Numbered from the stretch's first letter, positions 50,368-59,997 are shown. The stretch: DNA of 64,000 nt from Myxococcota bacterium (GCA_965140415.1 OZ223209.1:3648001-3712000), one strand, 5' to 3'. Notes: generated by a model not told the origin, from the letters alone. Numbers and translations: made by a program.

Positions 50368-51180
50368 TTATTCGCAGACACACACATCATGACCGCGATC
50401 GTTATCGCGTGAACAAGAAATAAAACTCAATCCCTGTTCCTCGCAAAGCGTAGCGCAATCACGAGTCTCGATCTCACCGCCTTCACATACGGCAAGGCTT
50501 GTGCCTAAACAGGTCGGCTGGGTGCTCTTGCACAGTTCGTCTTCCGGCTTTTGGGAACAATGACAGATTTCCATCGGTGTTTCACCATCCATTTCACAAT
50601 ACCCGAAATACCGATCTTTCTTTTCACACTCTTCACGACAGCTAACCGTCGTCCATGAACCTTCGGGATTGCAGATCGTCACATACCCTTCTTCACATTT
50701 GACGAAATTCGCATCGCAAACACCAGAGGACATCCCCTCGCACATGCAGGCATCCTGTCCGCTTATTGGATCTCGATCGCAACCGGTGCTTTCGGTTGCA
50801 AATGTTGCACAGAATTCGGAACAGGAAATCGGCACCCAGTCACAATCCTGACAGACTTCCAGGTCATCTTCTGCACAACGCTGCTCGCCATCCTCACAGC
50901 AACTGCCGGAGCACAGGCAGAAATCGTGTCCTCGTTCCTCATCATATGTGCAGCCACCGGTTGAGGTCTGCCCCAATCCTTCACAAACCGAATCGCAGCT
51001 TTCATACGCCCACTCACCATTTGCACCGCAGATTTTCAGCCTATCGCCATCACAGGCAAACAATCCCTGAGCTTCACAATACGAATTCGGCACAAATGTG
51101 ATGTCTTTCTCATCGGCACAAGAAGCAACAAGCACCAGACAAATGGTAATAAACAGAAAACGAACGAAACGAGTTCCCAT
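50368..51180 (-). CDS. Lipoprotein made of four tandem ~55-aa 8-Cys modules
   Basis: Lipobox VASC; four repeats each ending in CxC; GAGGA RBS before ATG 51180. Confidence 0.8.
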   Translation of the reverse strand: MGTRFVRFLFITICLVLVASCADEKDITFVPNSYCEAQGLFACDGDRLKICGANGEWAYESCDSVCEGLGQTSTGGCTYDEERGHDFCLCSGSCCEDGEQRCAEDDLEVCQDCDWVPISCSEFCATFATESTGCDRDPISGQDACMCEGMSSGVCDANFVKCEEGYVTICNPEGSWTTVSCREECEKKDRYFGYCEMDGETPMEICHCSQKPEDELCKSTQPTCLGTSLAVCEGGEIETRDCATLCEEQGLSFISCSRDNDRGHDVCVCE

Positions 51181-51449
51181 GATTTCCTCTCGATTCGGAG
51201 TTGTCGTGTAACGAATAGCGGATCCGATCTGCATTAGTATCCATTCCTCGATAAAAGTCAAGTTTGCAATCCACCCGAACTGATACATCTAACAACATCT
51301 CACCTCTGATGAGTAGCACAGCAAAAAGGTCATTGCCAAATTTCTCCATTGATCGATTGACTCTTTGTGCTACGTTTCCTGTACCATATTCCACTTCTCC
51401 AGAGCATTCAGACCTTGGAATAGGTTGCTTCGATTGGTTTGGTTTCTCC

Positions 51450-51477
51450 TTGACATTTCAAGGGCTTCTGCTAACAT
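51450..51477 (+). promoter_or_regulatory. Sigma-70-type promoter of lspA-lgt
   Basis: TTGACA-N16-TAACAT with a TG extended -10. Confidence 0.55.
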
Positions 51478-51566
51478 GGCGCGATCTAATTCGATGCCGT
51501 CAGCGCTATTTGGTTAACGATATTAAATACATGCGGGATGCATGTATTCCAAAGCAAGGAATTCAC

Positions 51567-52112
51567 GTGTTAAATCGAAAACGAAAGTATCTTCTGGCCA
51601 TTGCTATCCCTGCTGTCATTCTGGATCAGTTGACGAAGTGGTGGGCGATGTCGCTAGAGTTTCGTCCTCCGGTCGAAATTATCGAGAACTTTTTCCACTT
51701 CATCTACGTGGAAAACAAGGGAGCCGCATGGTCCATGTTCGCGGATCTGCCGGACAACATTCGAATTCCGTTCTTTGCTGTCATCTCATTTATTTCCGTT
51801 GGCTTTGTCCTGTATTTCTTCACTAAAATCGAAAACCACCACACCGGTCTGATCGTCGGTCTTTCCAGTATTTTAGGCGGTGCTCTTGGCAATGTAATCG
51901 ATCGTTTCACGCGCGACGGTGTCATCGACTTCATCGACTGGCATTACTACAATCATCACTGGCCAACATTCAATGTTGCCGACATTTACATCACGGTGGG
52001 CGTCGGGCTGCTGTTAATCGAAATGTTTTTCGGAAAAAGCGATCTTTCGCTATTCCACCGACCGGAGGAATCTGAACAAAAAACCGATTCCTCAAGCCCT
52101 TCCAATAACTGA
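51567..52112 (+). CDS. lspA: Lipoprotein signal peptidase II
   Basis: DQLTK, NKGAAW, GGALGNVIDR, VIDFI, FNVAD; GTG start after AAGGA. Confidence 0.97.
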   Translation: MLNRKRKYLLAIAIPAVILDQLTKWWAMSLEFRPPVEIIENFFHFIYVENKGAAWSMFADLPDNIRIPFFAVISFISVGFVLYFFTKIENHHTGLIVGLSSILGGALGNVIDRFTRDGVIDFIDWHYYNHHWPTFNVADIYITVGVGLLLIEMFFGKSDLSLFHRPEESEQKTDSSSPSNN

Positions 52113-52118
52113 TCGACC

Positions 52119-53063
52119 ATGTTTCCCACTCTGTTGAAAATAGAGGCGTTTTCATTTCTCGGCAGTGAATGGGGACCTTTCAACGTTCATAGCTACGGCA
52201 TTCTGATTGCGACGGGCTTCGTTTTAAGCACCCTAATCGCCATTCGGCTTGGCAAACAGGATCGCATCAAACCCGATGATCTGCTGGATCTGGCTTTCTG
52301 GCTGCTATTAGCCGGGGTCATCGGAGCCAAACTGCTCTATGCCGTGCTCAATCTTGGCAGCTATTACAATGCCTGTTTCCATCCGGAAATCCCCAATGCA
52401 CTGAATCACAACTTGCCACTCAATCAACCCGAGTGCTGGCGATTGCTTCAGGTTTGGGAAGGGGGCATGGTCTGGTTCGGCGGTTTGCTTGGCGGTTTGC
52501 TGGCAGGTTATCTATTCCTGAAGAAACGAAGACTTTCCTTCCCTGTCGTGGCCGACGCCGCATTGGGAGCGATTCCTTTCGGGCACTTTATCGGAAGGCT
52601 GGGTTGTCTTTCGGCGGGATGTTGTTGGGGTCGTGTTACCAGCGGTCCTTTAGGCGTAACGTTTCCAAAAGACAGCCTGCCTTACACGACCGAACTGGGA
52701 GAAAACATGGCACATACACTTCATTCAGTCGTTGTGCCACTACATCCCACCCAATTATACGAAGCGGCGGGCGAACTGCTGATCTTCTTCATTCTGCTGG
52801 GAGTTCGTTACAAGCGTCGCTTCTATGGCCAGGTTGCATTGACCTTTTTGATTCTTTACTCGGCGCTCCGCTTTACAGTGGAATTTTTCCGGGGCGATCG
52901 CAACCGGGGGTTCCTTATATCCTGGGAGCATGAACAGATTATCGAGAATCTTCGAATCAGCGAACGGATCGGCATCAGCACCTCACAAGTGATCGCCCTG
53001 CTTGTTGTTATTGGTGCAATCCTCTGGATGCGTCGTTTACTTGCTCACAACGATGCAAAGTGA
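52119..53063 (+). CDS. lgt: Prolipoprotein diacylglyceryl transferase
   Basis: SYG, GGMVWFGG, GRLGC...GCCWG, HPTQLYE, RFTVEFFRGD. Confidence 0.96.
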   Translation: MFPTLLKIEAFSFLGSEWGPFNVHSYGILIATGFVLSTLIAIRLGKQDRIKPDDLLDLAFWLLLAGVIGAKLLYAVLNLGSYYNACFHPEIPNALNHNLPLNQPECWRLLQVWEGGMVWFGGLLGGLLAGYLFLKKRRLSFPVVADAALGAIPFGHFIGRLGCLSAGCCWGRVTSGPLGVTFPKDSLPYTTELGENMAHTLHSVVVPLHPTQLYEAAGELLIFFILLGVRYKRRFYGQVALTFLILYSALRFTVEFFRGDRNRGFLISWEHEQIIENLRISERIGISTSQVIALLVVIGAILWMRRLLAHNDAK

Positions 53064-53134
53064 ACCCAACTCAGAATTGTCCCCTGCTTGAAATTCCTAC
53101 AATCACATTTTCATTGCGTAAAAATTTGGGCGAG

Positions 53135-53602
53135 CTACTGAATAGGAAAACCGTCGGAGCCATCTTGACGCCGTTGCGCGTTTAACGACTCGAGAAAAGA
53201 CTTCCAGTCACCGTCTTCGATTGGATGTGAATTGGGGAAATTCTTGCGCAGATATTCCGCTCGAATCTGATAAACCCATACACCGGATATAGAATCATTC
53301 TCCAATAGAACTTCCACACGACGTCGAACGAAATGACTCTTCTCCGGCTTGCCCGGCTGAAATCCGTATAAGTGATCCAGGTTTTTGAAAATCGAATCGT
53401 CCACCCGGTACAAATCTCCCAACACCATCCCTTCATCACAGGGGATCATCGCCGGCGAATGCGCCTCGGGTAGATAAAGAAGCTGTCCTTCAGTGCGAGC
53501 AGAGAGCACTTCACGATATGAACCGGCCATGTGACTCTCGAAAAAGCGCATATCGCGCATCAGGTGCCCGTAGTCGAAATAGTAACAATCCGCCATGATC
53601 AC
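53135..53602 (-). CDS. Gamma-glutamylcyclotransferase (AIG2-like) fold protein, catalytic Glu apparently absent
   Basis: YFDYGHLM, PAMIP, VLGDLYRV, LDHLYG, WVY, IEDGDW. Confidence 0.75.
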   Translation of the reverse strand: MIMADCYYFDYGHLMRDMRFFESHMAGSYREVLSARTEGQLLYLPEAHSPAMIPCDEGMVLGDLYRVDDSIFKNLDHLYGFQPGKPEKSHFVRRRVEVLLENDSISGVWVYQIRAEYLRKNFPNSHPIEDGDWKSFLESLNAQRRQDGSDGFPIQ

Positions 53603-53664
53603 ACCTTTACCTTAAGAGTGACACCTTCTTACAAATCGATAATAGAGGATCTTTGAAGAATCTT

Positions 53665-54159
53665 CTACTCTTCCTCGAAACGGGAACGCAACACGGAAAC
53701 CGCCTTGCTTATCGCATCCGGTCGTTCAAGGTAAAACTGGGTTTTTGCAGCAGTCGCATCCAGTTTCCCGCATTTGGTCAAAGTGGAGGCTTCGGCAAAA
53801 GGCAAACTGGCACGGGTGATTTCGGAAAGCAAATCCTTGCATGGAACGTCTTTGTTGGCAGCATTCCCCAAATGCTTTTTCACATCGCTCTGAAAACTGC
53901 TGTAGTTTTCGTGCAACAATTGCAGCGTGGCATGATAAAGGGCGGCCTCTTCTGCCTTATGCCCACGCTCGCAGGGGTGCGGTGTTTGCGGAATCATTGC
54001 GACCCGGTTATAGGCAACCTTGTAAATGTTGTAAAACTGATCCGCCCGTTTCGCCAGCCATTCACGGCTCTCGATTTGTTGACTGTTATCCTGACATGCA
54101 AGAAAAAACATACAAAAAAGGGTTACCACAACCATTCCAACTGCTGTCAACGTTCTCAT
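53665..54159 (-). CDS. Hypothetical lipoprotein
   Basis: Lipobox FLAC; helical mature part. Confidence 0.7.
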   Translation of the reverse strand: MRTLTAVGMVVVTLFCMFFLACQDNSQQIESREWLAKRADQFYNIYKVAYNRVAMIPQTPHPCERGHKAEEAALYHATLQLLHENYSSFQSDVKKHLGNAANKDVPCKDLLSEITRASLPFAEASTLTKCGKLDATAAKTQFYLERPDAISKAVSVLRSRFEEE

Positions 54160-54207
54160 TCTCGTTCCTTGTGATCTTTTACTTTAATGTCCAATTCATT
54201 TAGACGT

Positions 54208-55635
54208 TCAACGTCCGCCATTTTCCGATATCATTTTTTTCGCCAATTTGACAAATTCTTTTTGATCGGATCGATGTTCTCGCTGAATATACTCCTTCAG
54301 GTTTGCAACACCAGATTCCCGATCTCCGTTACGCAGACTCACCGATCCCAAATTGAAATAGGCATCGATAAAAGCAGGATCATAGTCCAAACAGTCCTGA
54401 TAGTGCGCAATTGCCGACTCGAACTGCTTCATCTGCTCTTCCATACGCGCCAGATTGAACAGACACGCCGCGCATTCAGGAACTTTTTCGCCAAGTATTT
54501 CATATAGTTGAGCCGCCTTTTCCCAATTCTTGGCGGCCTCGTACGCCTCCGCCAGGGGAGCATAGGCGGCAAGCAGTTCCGGGTTACTATCGATGACCTG
54601 CTGTAGTTGTTCTATAGCAGGTTGATATCGTTGCAGTTTCAGATACATCTTGCCGAGATTGATACGGATCTCCGAAGAATCCGGCGCAAGCGTTACTGCT
54701 TTTGTAAACGCTTTGGCAGCTTGTTTGTGCTTGCCTAAACCATCCAGAACCATCCCATACAGAAACTGCCCTCGAACGGAATTCGAGTCCAAGCTGAGAG
54801 CGGCTTCGATCTGCTTTTTCGCCTGTTTGACACGCCCCAACGCAAATAAGCTCTGTCCCCATACAAGCCGAGCCTCCACATCGGAAGCGTCCCGCTTCAC
54901 AGCCTGCTCGGCACATGCAATCGCTTCGTCATACTGCTCTTGTGTAGCCAGCAGTTGCGCTTTACGACGCCAAGGCAACGCCAGTTCTGTAGACATCGTC
55001 GCCGCCTGCTGGAACAAATCCACAGCAGCCTGCAAATCACCGGCAGCGACCTGTTCTTCCGCACTATCGATCAAACGGTCCGCCTCGTTGGACGTCACAG
55101 CCGATGTTTCCACAATCGAAGTGATCCGAGTCGCATTCGCCTGGATTTCCTTTTCGAAAAGCTGCTCCAGCACCGAAGAGATCACGTACTTGATTTCTCC
55201 TGCCCCTCCATGTTCGACGTAACGCGTAGAATACTGTGGTTTTCCACGCCTATCCAGAACAGCAGCTTCAATGATGAATTGGTGGCGCTTGGGTCTCGTA
55301 ATGCTCAATACAACCATTCGCGACACGTTGGCCTGTCGCAAAGCAGGAAGCGCCGCTTTTGGAGTTTTACAGGCAGCCAGTTTGCCTGCTGTCGCCTGCC
55401 CAAGAACCGAAGCCGCGTTATGAGGTCCAATCGGCTTTAACCAAAAAAGGGCCGCCATTTCCTCCTGATACACATCCTGAATCCAGCCCCGTTCCTGCTC
55501 GTTAACATGCTCAGTTTTGATCTGTATCGGAAAGAGATAAATCGGCTCCTGCGAAATCGCCCAGGCATTAGACGCCAGCAGTACGACCCCCAGAAAGATC
55601 ATGAGTTTGAAAAGCCGATGCATTCCCGACCTCAT
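54208..55635 (-). CDS. Secreted tetratricopeptide-repeat protein
   Basis: Signal peptide (AWA-I); about 8 TPR units (e.g. AYFNLG, INLGKMY). Confidence 0.9.
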   Translation of the reverse strand: MRSGMHRLFKLMIFLGVVLLASNAWAISQEPIYLFPIQIKTEHVNEQERGWIQDVYQEEMAALFWLKPIGPHNAASVLGQATAGKLAACKTPKAALPALRQANVSRMVVLSITRPKRHQFIIEAAVLDRRGKPQYSTRYVEHGGAGEIKYVISSVLEQLFEKEIQANATRITSIVETSAVTSNEADRLIDSAEEQVAAGDLQAAVDLFQQAATMSTELALPWRRKAQLLATQEQYDEAIACAEQAVKRDASDVEARLVWGQSLFALGRVKQAKKQIEAALSLDSNSVRGQFLYGMVLDGLGKHKQAAKAFTKAVTLAPDSSEIRINLGKMYLKLQRYQPAIEQLQQVIDSNPELLAAYAPLAEAYEAAKNWEKAAQLYEILGEKVPECAACLFNLARMEEQMKQFESAIAHYQDCLDYDPAFIDAYFNLGSVSLRNGDRESGVANLKEYIQREHRSDQKEFVKLAKKMISENGGR

Positions 55636-56171
55636 GGGGCAAAAACCAGCGGATATTCAACAGATACACGCTGGCGAGAAGGAAGGCGGGGAAAACGAAT
55701 GTGGCGAATGACGCGAATGATACAAGCCTCCGTCTCAACGTGATTCAGGCTTGATTCCACCACTTTCACAGTCGAAACCCGACCGGTCGGGCTGATATTG
55801 AAGCGGACGTCAACTTCACCGGCTGCTTGAGGATTGGCAGACAATGCCTTTTTGTAACATACCTTGAAAGAAGAACGCCGCTTGCTCATAACCCGGCGGA
55901 ACATTTCCGGATCGATGGGCGAACTACTTTTCAGCTTCGCCCCATCCAGCGGCATCAGTCCTTCATGAAAAGGCTGTTTGGCGGAGATGGAATCTGCTTC
56001 GGCGGATGTGATTTTGGCATTATCGGCACTTGTGGTTGCAGAGGCTGGTTCAACACCTTTGGGTGTTTCTTCACAGGCCAGCACCGAAACAACTGTAATG
56101 GCAATTAAAAAAGAGGCAAGCGCCCCTTTTCTATACCGTCTCCGGCTTTGATTTCTGTTCAAGTTCGACAC
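55632..56171 (-). CDS. Lipoprotein with AgmX/PglI-type TonB C-terminal domain
   Basis: Lipobox VLAC; FKVCYKKAL...GEVDVRFNISPTGRV...ACI...FP...YPLVF. Confidence 0.85.
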   Translation of the reverse strand: MSNLNRNQSRRRYRKGALASFLIAITVVSVLACEETPKGVEPASATTSADNAKITSAEADSISAKQPFHEGLMPLDGAKLKSSSPIDPEMFRRVMSKRRSSFKVCYKKALSANPQAAGEVDVRFNISPTGRVSTVKVVESSLNHVETEACIIRVIRHIRFPRLPSRQRVSVEYPLVFAP

Positions 56172-56192
56172 AAACCATGCCTTTTATATAGC

Positions 56193-56232
56193 GCCATCGA
56201 GATTCCTAAACCTTTGGGGGAATCTCGATGGC
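56193..56232 (-). terminator. 14-bp perfect inverted repeat between the two TonB-C genes
   Basis: GCCATCGAGATTCC-N12-GGAATCTCGATGGC; no strong U tail, so it may be a stabilising or processing hairpin. Confidence 0.6.
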
Positions 56233-56241
56233 AAACAGATG

Positions 56242-56745
56242 TTATTTCGCGGCGTGTTGGAAATTGAACGGGTAGTTGATTGTAATAGGATCACCTTTTT
56301 TCCGGGAGGGGAATTTCAGTGATTTCATAATATCCACCACGCAATCCGTCACTTTTTTGTCTGTCAGTTTCGAGGCCTTTTTTACTAGGTTCACATCGCT
56401 GACGCTTCCATCAAGATTGATCGTAAGGTTGATTACGACACGCCCCTTCAGTTTCTGATTGGTTTGCAATTCCTTCTCATAGCAATACAGGATAGACTGG
56501 TTCCTTTTATTGATCACGCCCTTGATCGTTTCTTTATCCAGCACTGTAGCGGTATCTTCTTCGCTATAATCGATACCACCCGCCTGTTCCTGTTCGTAGT
56601 AATCATCTTCCTGCTCGTCGGTTTTCGAATCTTTCGAATCCATAGGGCTTGGAGTTTTCATTTGTGCCAACGCAGGAATTGCGGCCAACGCAAACACAAT
56701 CCCGAACACGATACCCCATACCACTTTTCGGTTTGACTTCAACAT
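56242..56745 (-). CDS. Secreted AgmX/PglI-type TonB C-terminal domain protein
   Basis: Signal peptide (ALA-Q); ILYCYEKEL...GRVVINLTINLDGSV...DCV...FP...YPFNF; GGAGG upstream of ATG 56745. Confidence 0.85.
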   Translation of the reverse strand: MLKSNRKVVWGIVFGIVFALAAIPALAQMKTPSPMDSKDSKTDEQEDDYYEQEQAGGIDYSEEDTATVLDKETIKGVINKRNQSILYCYEKELQTNQKLKGRVVINLTINLDGSVSDVNLVKKASKLTDKKVTDCVVDIMKSLKFPSRKKGDPITINYPFNFQHAAK

Positions 56746-57288
56746 CGGAACTCGTCCTCCATCATAATGTTCTTGCATGTATCCAAGAATTTCCCAAATC
56801 GGAAACCTTGTGGTTCGTCCCATGCTTTCATCCTAGTCCATCCTCAAAAACTGTCAAGCTTTTAATATCACAGGGTAATGAAGCCACATTCTAAAACAGA
56901 ACACCACTCGTGATTCTGGCACTTTCCCCAATCCCTTCGATTCGAGTTCGCAACATAGCCCCCCCTCTCACCTCATAGACACCCATCGGATCTCCACCCT
57001 GAAAACCACTCAACACAGCCGAAAAAAAGCTCGTTTTTTCTTCTTCCTCTCCAATTTTTGTCATTTTTTTATTATTTCCTCCCCCTAATACATCTCACTT
57101 CAATCGTTTTCTAAAGATCGGAAAATAAGGAATTTCAGCAAAGCGAACAACAATCCTTTACATCTCGATTATCGATATGATAAACAATATCCCATGGTTG
57201 CGCATAAAAGCGAAAAAAACGAGTGTGCAGTGAAAGTTGGCTGCAACGACAGCCAAAAAAAACCATGATTATTTTTAAGCGAATTTAC

Positions 57289-57318
57289 TTGACAATTAAT
57301 CGCTCAGATTGCTACCTT
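57289..57318 (+). promoter_or_regulatory. Sigma-70-type promoter of the large Cys-rich lipoprotein
   Basis: TTGACA-N18-TACCTT with TG extended -10; TAAGGAGG RBS downstream. Confidence 0.6.
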
Positions 57319-57388
57319 GGCCGATGCCTCGTTAGGAAACTCTCCTCATTCTGAGGTTGGATCTATTCTGTTTTAAGGAGGAATTTCG

Positions 57389-59053
57389 ATGCAAAAGCGC
57401 TGGTTACTTGTACTCATGCTGCTCGTGCTCGGCTCAATGCTTCTCGCCACCGGTTGTGATGACGACAGCGATGAGACGGACGGCGACACGACGATGGACG
57501 GAGACACCAACACGGGAGATGGAGATGTGGTCCTTCCCGATGGCGATGTCAACACCGATTGCTTCGGTCTCTGCATGGCCAAAGATGGTTACGTCTGCGA
57601 TGTAGACACCCAAACCTGTGTGCGTCCTTCCTGCACACCCTGTGATCCGGAAAACGCATTGTTCTACTGCGGCGAAGGCGGCGAATGCAAAGAATTCACC
57701 GTGACCTTCTCCGACGAAGAATACAACTACACGGCCTCCTTCTGCACGAAGGACTGCACCGGCGATAGCGATTGCGATCAGGGCTTTGCCTGCACCGAAG
57801 GCAAATGCGCTCCCACATTCGTGTGTGAAGTTACCCTGCCGCCTTCCGCTCCGGGTGGCCCCTGCGAATTCGGTCCGGTCTGGCCGGGTCGTACCTGTGC
57901 GCTGGGTGGCAGCTGCGTCGGCAACGATACCACCTCGCTTAGTTGCACCGACAATGACGATTGCGCCGGTAGCATGGACAACGGCTATTGCAACAACGGA
58001 ATTTGCGGCTTCAGCCTCTGCGTGCTACCCTGCAACTTCGACGGCTCCTGCCCGCAAATCGACGGATTGCCCGAAATGAACTCGGACATCATCTCCGGTA
58101 GCTGCTACTGCGGTTCCTGCCCCAGCTTCACTCCTAAGGGCGATGGCCAACTGGGCGATGTCTGCAATCCCAACTGCACCGATCCGATCGACACCTATTG
58201 TGCCGAAGGCAACTATTGCTTGGGTCTGACCTACAATGGCTCTTGCACCACCGACGCCGACTGCTCCGAAGCCAACGGCTTCGATCCAGGCGCCTACTGC
58301 AATAGCGATAATGGCTGTGCCCTGTCGATCTGCACCTATGTCGCCAATTCTCCGGAAGAATGCCCGGCAGGCAGCAACCCCTTCTTCAGCCAGGACGGAA
58401 CCTACTACTGCTCCACGCCGCCTTACGCGGACGCCTCCGGTAGCGCCACCATCGGCGAGGCCTGCACTCCCGGAACCGAAACAGAGAAGTGGGGAACCGC
58501 TGATTATTGCAAACCGGGTCTGCTGTGCATCGAAAACAACTCGATGAGCGTTGCTTGCACCACCACCGCGGACTGCTCCGAAGCTGTCTTCGGTCCGAAC
58601 CGCTACTGCAACGAAGGCTCCTGCACGGCGACGGTTTGTGGCCAGCGCTGTAGCCAGGAATTCGATGAAAACGGTCGTCCGTTGACCGCTCCTTACTGCG
58701 CAACCGATGGCACCTTGAAAGTCGGCTTCGCTCCGATCGGCTACTGCTACTGCACGTATCCGCCCTATGGCGAACCGGAAACCATCGCCGACTGCACCGG
58801 CACCTGCGATTCTTCGGTAACCTTCCCGATCTGCTTCGGCGACAAGATCTGCGCCTGTGAAGGCGGCAATTACACCGCGAAGGACTGCGTCTACGAATGT
58901 GCGCAGCAGGGTAAAAACTACGTGGAATGCGACCGTGACAGCTTCGGCTTCAACACCTGCATCTGCGAAGAACCTGTCGTCCCAACCGATGGCGATGAGC
59001 CTGCTGATGGTGATAAACCTGCCGATGGTGACAATGTAATCATCTGGCCCTAA
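57389..59053 (+). CDS. Very Cys-rich repeat lipoprotein with DGD tracts at both ends
   Basis: Lipobox ATGC; three ~100-aa Cys repeats plus one 8-Cys module; perfect RBS; strong C-ending codon bias. Confidence 0.88.
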   Translation: MQKRWLLVLMLLVLGSMLLATGCDDDSDETDGDTTMDGDTNTGDGDVVLPDGDVNTDCFGLCMAKDGYVCDVDTQTCVRPSCTPCDPENALFYCGEGGECKEFTVTFSDEEYNYTASFCTKDCTGDSDCDQGFACTEGKCAPTFVCEVTLPPSAPGGPCEFGPVWPGRTCALGGSCVGNDTTSLSCTDNDDCAGSMDNGYCNNGICGFSLCVLPCNFDGSCPQIDGLPEMNSDIISGSCYCGSCPSFTPKGDGQLGDVCNPNCTDPIDTYCAEGNYCLGLTYNGSCTTDADCSEANGFDPGAYCNSDNGCALSICTYVANSPEECPAGSNPFFSQDGTYYCSTPPYADASGSATIGEACTPGTETEKWGTADYCKPGLLCIENNSMSVACTTTADCSEAVFGPNRYCNEGSCTATVCGQRCSQEFDENGRPLTAPYCATDGTLKVGFAPIGYCYCTYPPYGEPETIADCTGTCDSSVTFPICFGDKICACEGGNYTAKDCVYECAQQGKNYVECDRDSFGFNTCICEEPVVPTDGDEPADGDKPADGDNVIIWP

Positions 59054-59075
59054 GTTCCCATCCTTTCGTTAGAAT

Positions 59076-59109
59076 ACCCCCCTCCGATATCCGGAGGGGG
59101 GTTCTTTTT
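59076..59109 (+). terminator. Rho-independent terminator
   Basis: ACCCCCCTCCG-ATATC-CGGAGGGGGGT followed by TCTTTTT. Confidence 0.9.
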
Positions 59110-59166
59110 GCGCTCCATGGCAACCGCTCAATGGTTGCACGGCTTGAAAATCGGGAGTCACGATTC

Positions 59167-59997
59167 ATGAAAACCAGCCTTATTACGCTCAGCGTCTGCC
59201 TGCTCGCCCTCACCTGCTTTTCCCTTTCCTCTTACGCACAAATGCAACCGGTTCCCCGTCGCCAACCCGCTCCAGACGATGGTTCGGCTTCAGCGCCTAC
59301 ACAGCCGATGTATTACTACAAAGACGGTCATCGAACCGATTTAACGCAAGACTATACTTTTGTTGCAATATCCTTTAAAAACCCAATGGTCGATAAAGCA
59401 CAACGACATGCCTATTACTCCAAGATCCGCCTGGTTGTCTCAGAGCTAAAAGAAAAATCCTTGTTGGAAAAGGGATACTACGTGCTTCGGCTCTATCCTG
59501 GCGCCAACGGAGAGAAGTGGGTTTTATTTACCAATTTCATGAAGAAAGATAAAGAGTTGCAGTTTGTTGGACGTGTTTTCAAGCAATATACAAACGATAA
59601 ACTCGTCAACCTTCTTGTAGCATCTTCCGAAATTCAGGTTCATTTCAAACCGAATCCCACCAAAGAGGAAATCAATCAACTCGAAGCAGCTTACCCATTA
59701 CTTATCACCGACCGTGACATGACCGATGAACTCATTACCTGCCGTGTCACAGATAACACCTTGGATCCTGTCGATTTGGCGAACCGCCTGTTTGAAACGG
59801 GCCGGTACCGTTCCGTGGAACCCGTTTTCATCCAGGTGGAAGGGAAACCCGTTGATTTTGAGACCATGACCCGCCTGCAACAAGAAATCATGGAAAGCGC
59901 CCCTGCCGATGTAAAAGAGAAGATGCGGCAGAAGATCCTGGACGAACAGAAAAAGGCGGTACAGGAGCAGCAGAAAACGGAGAAAAACAAGAAATAG
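59167..59997 (+). CDS. Secreted hypothetical protein resembling S8-peptidase pro-domains, no catalytic domain
   Basis: Signal peptide; YYYKDGHRTDL, SEIQVHFK, DLANRLFETG...VEP segments; charged coiled-coil tail. Confidence 0.6.
   Translation: MKTSLITLSVCLLALTCFSLSSYAQMQPVPRRQPAPDDGSASAPTQPMYYYKDGHRTDLTQDYTFVAISFKNPMVDKAQRHAYYSKIRLVVSELKEKSLLEKGYYVLRLYPGANGEKWVLFTNFMKKDKELQFVGRVFKQYTNDKLVNLLVASSEIQVHFKPNPTKEEINQLEAAYPLLITDRDMTDELITCRVTDNTLDPVDLANRLFETGRYRSVEPVFIQVEGKPVDFETMTRLQQEIMESAPADVKEKMRQKILDEQKKAVQEQQKTEKNKK

Noticed and set aside
51264-51566. N-terminal extension of LspA in the ORF track
   Set aside because: Contains the promoter; the RBS and family length support a start at 51567.
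56915-56960. TTCGA motifs suggesting a tRNA, and TGGCAC suggesting a sigma-54 box
   Set aside because: No cloverleaf can be formed; no TTGC at the -12 position.
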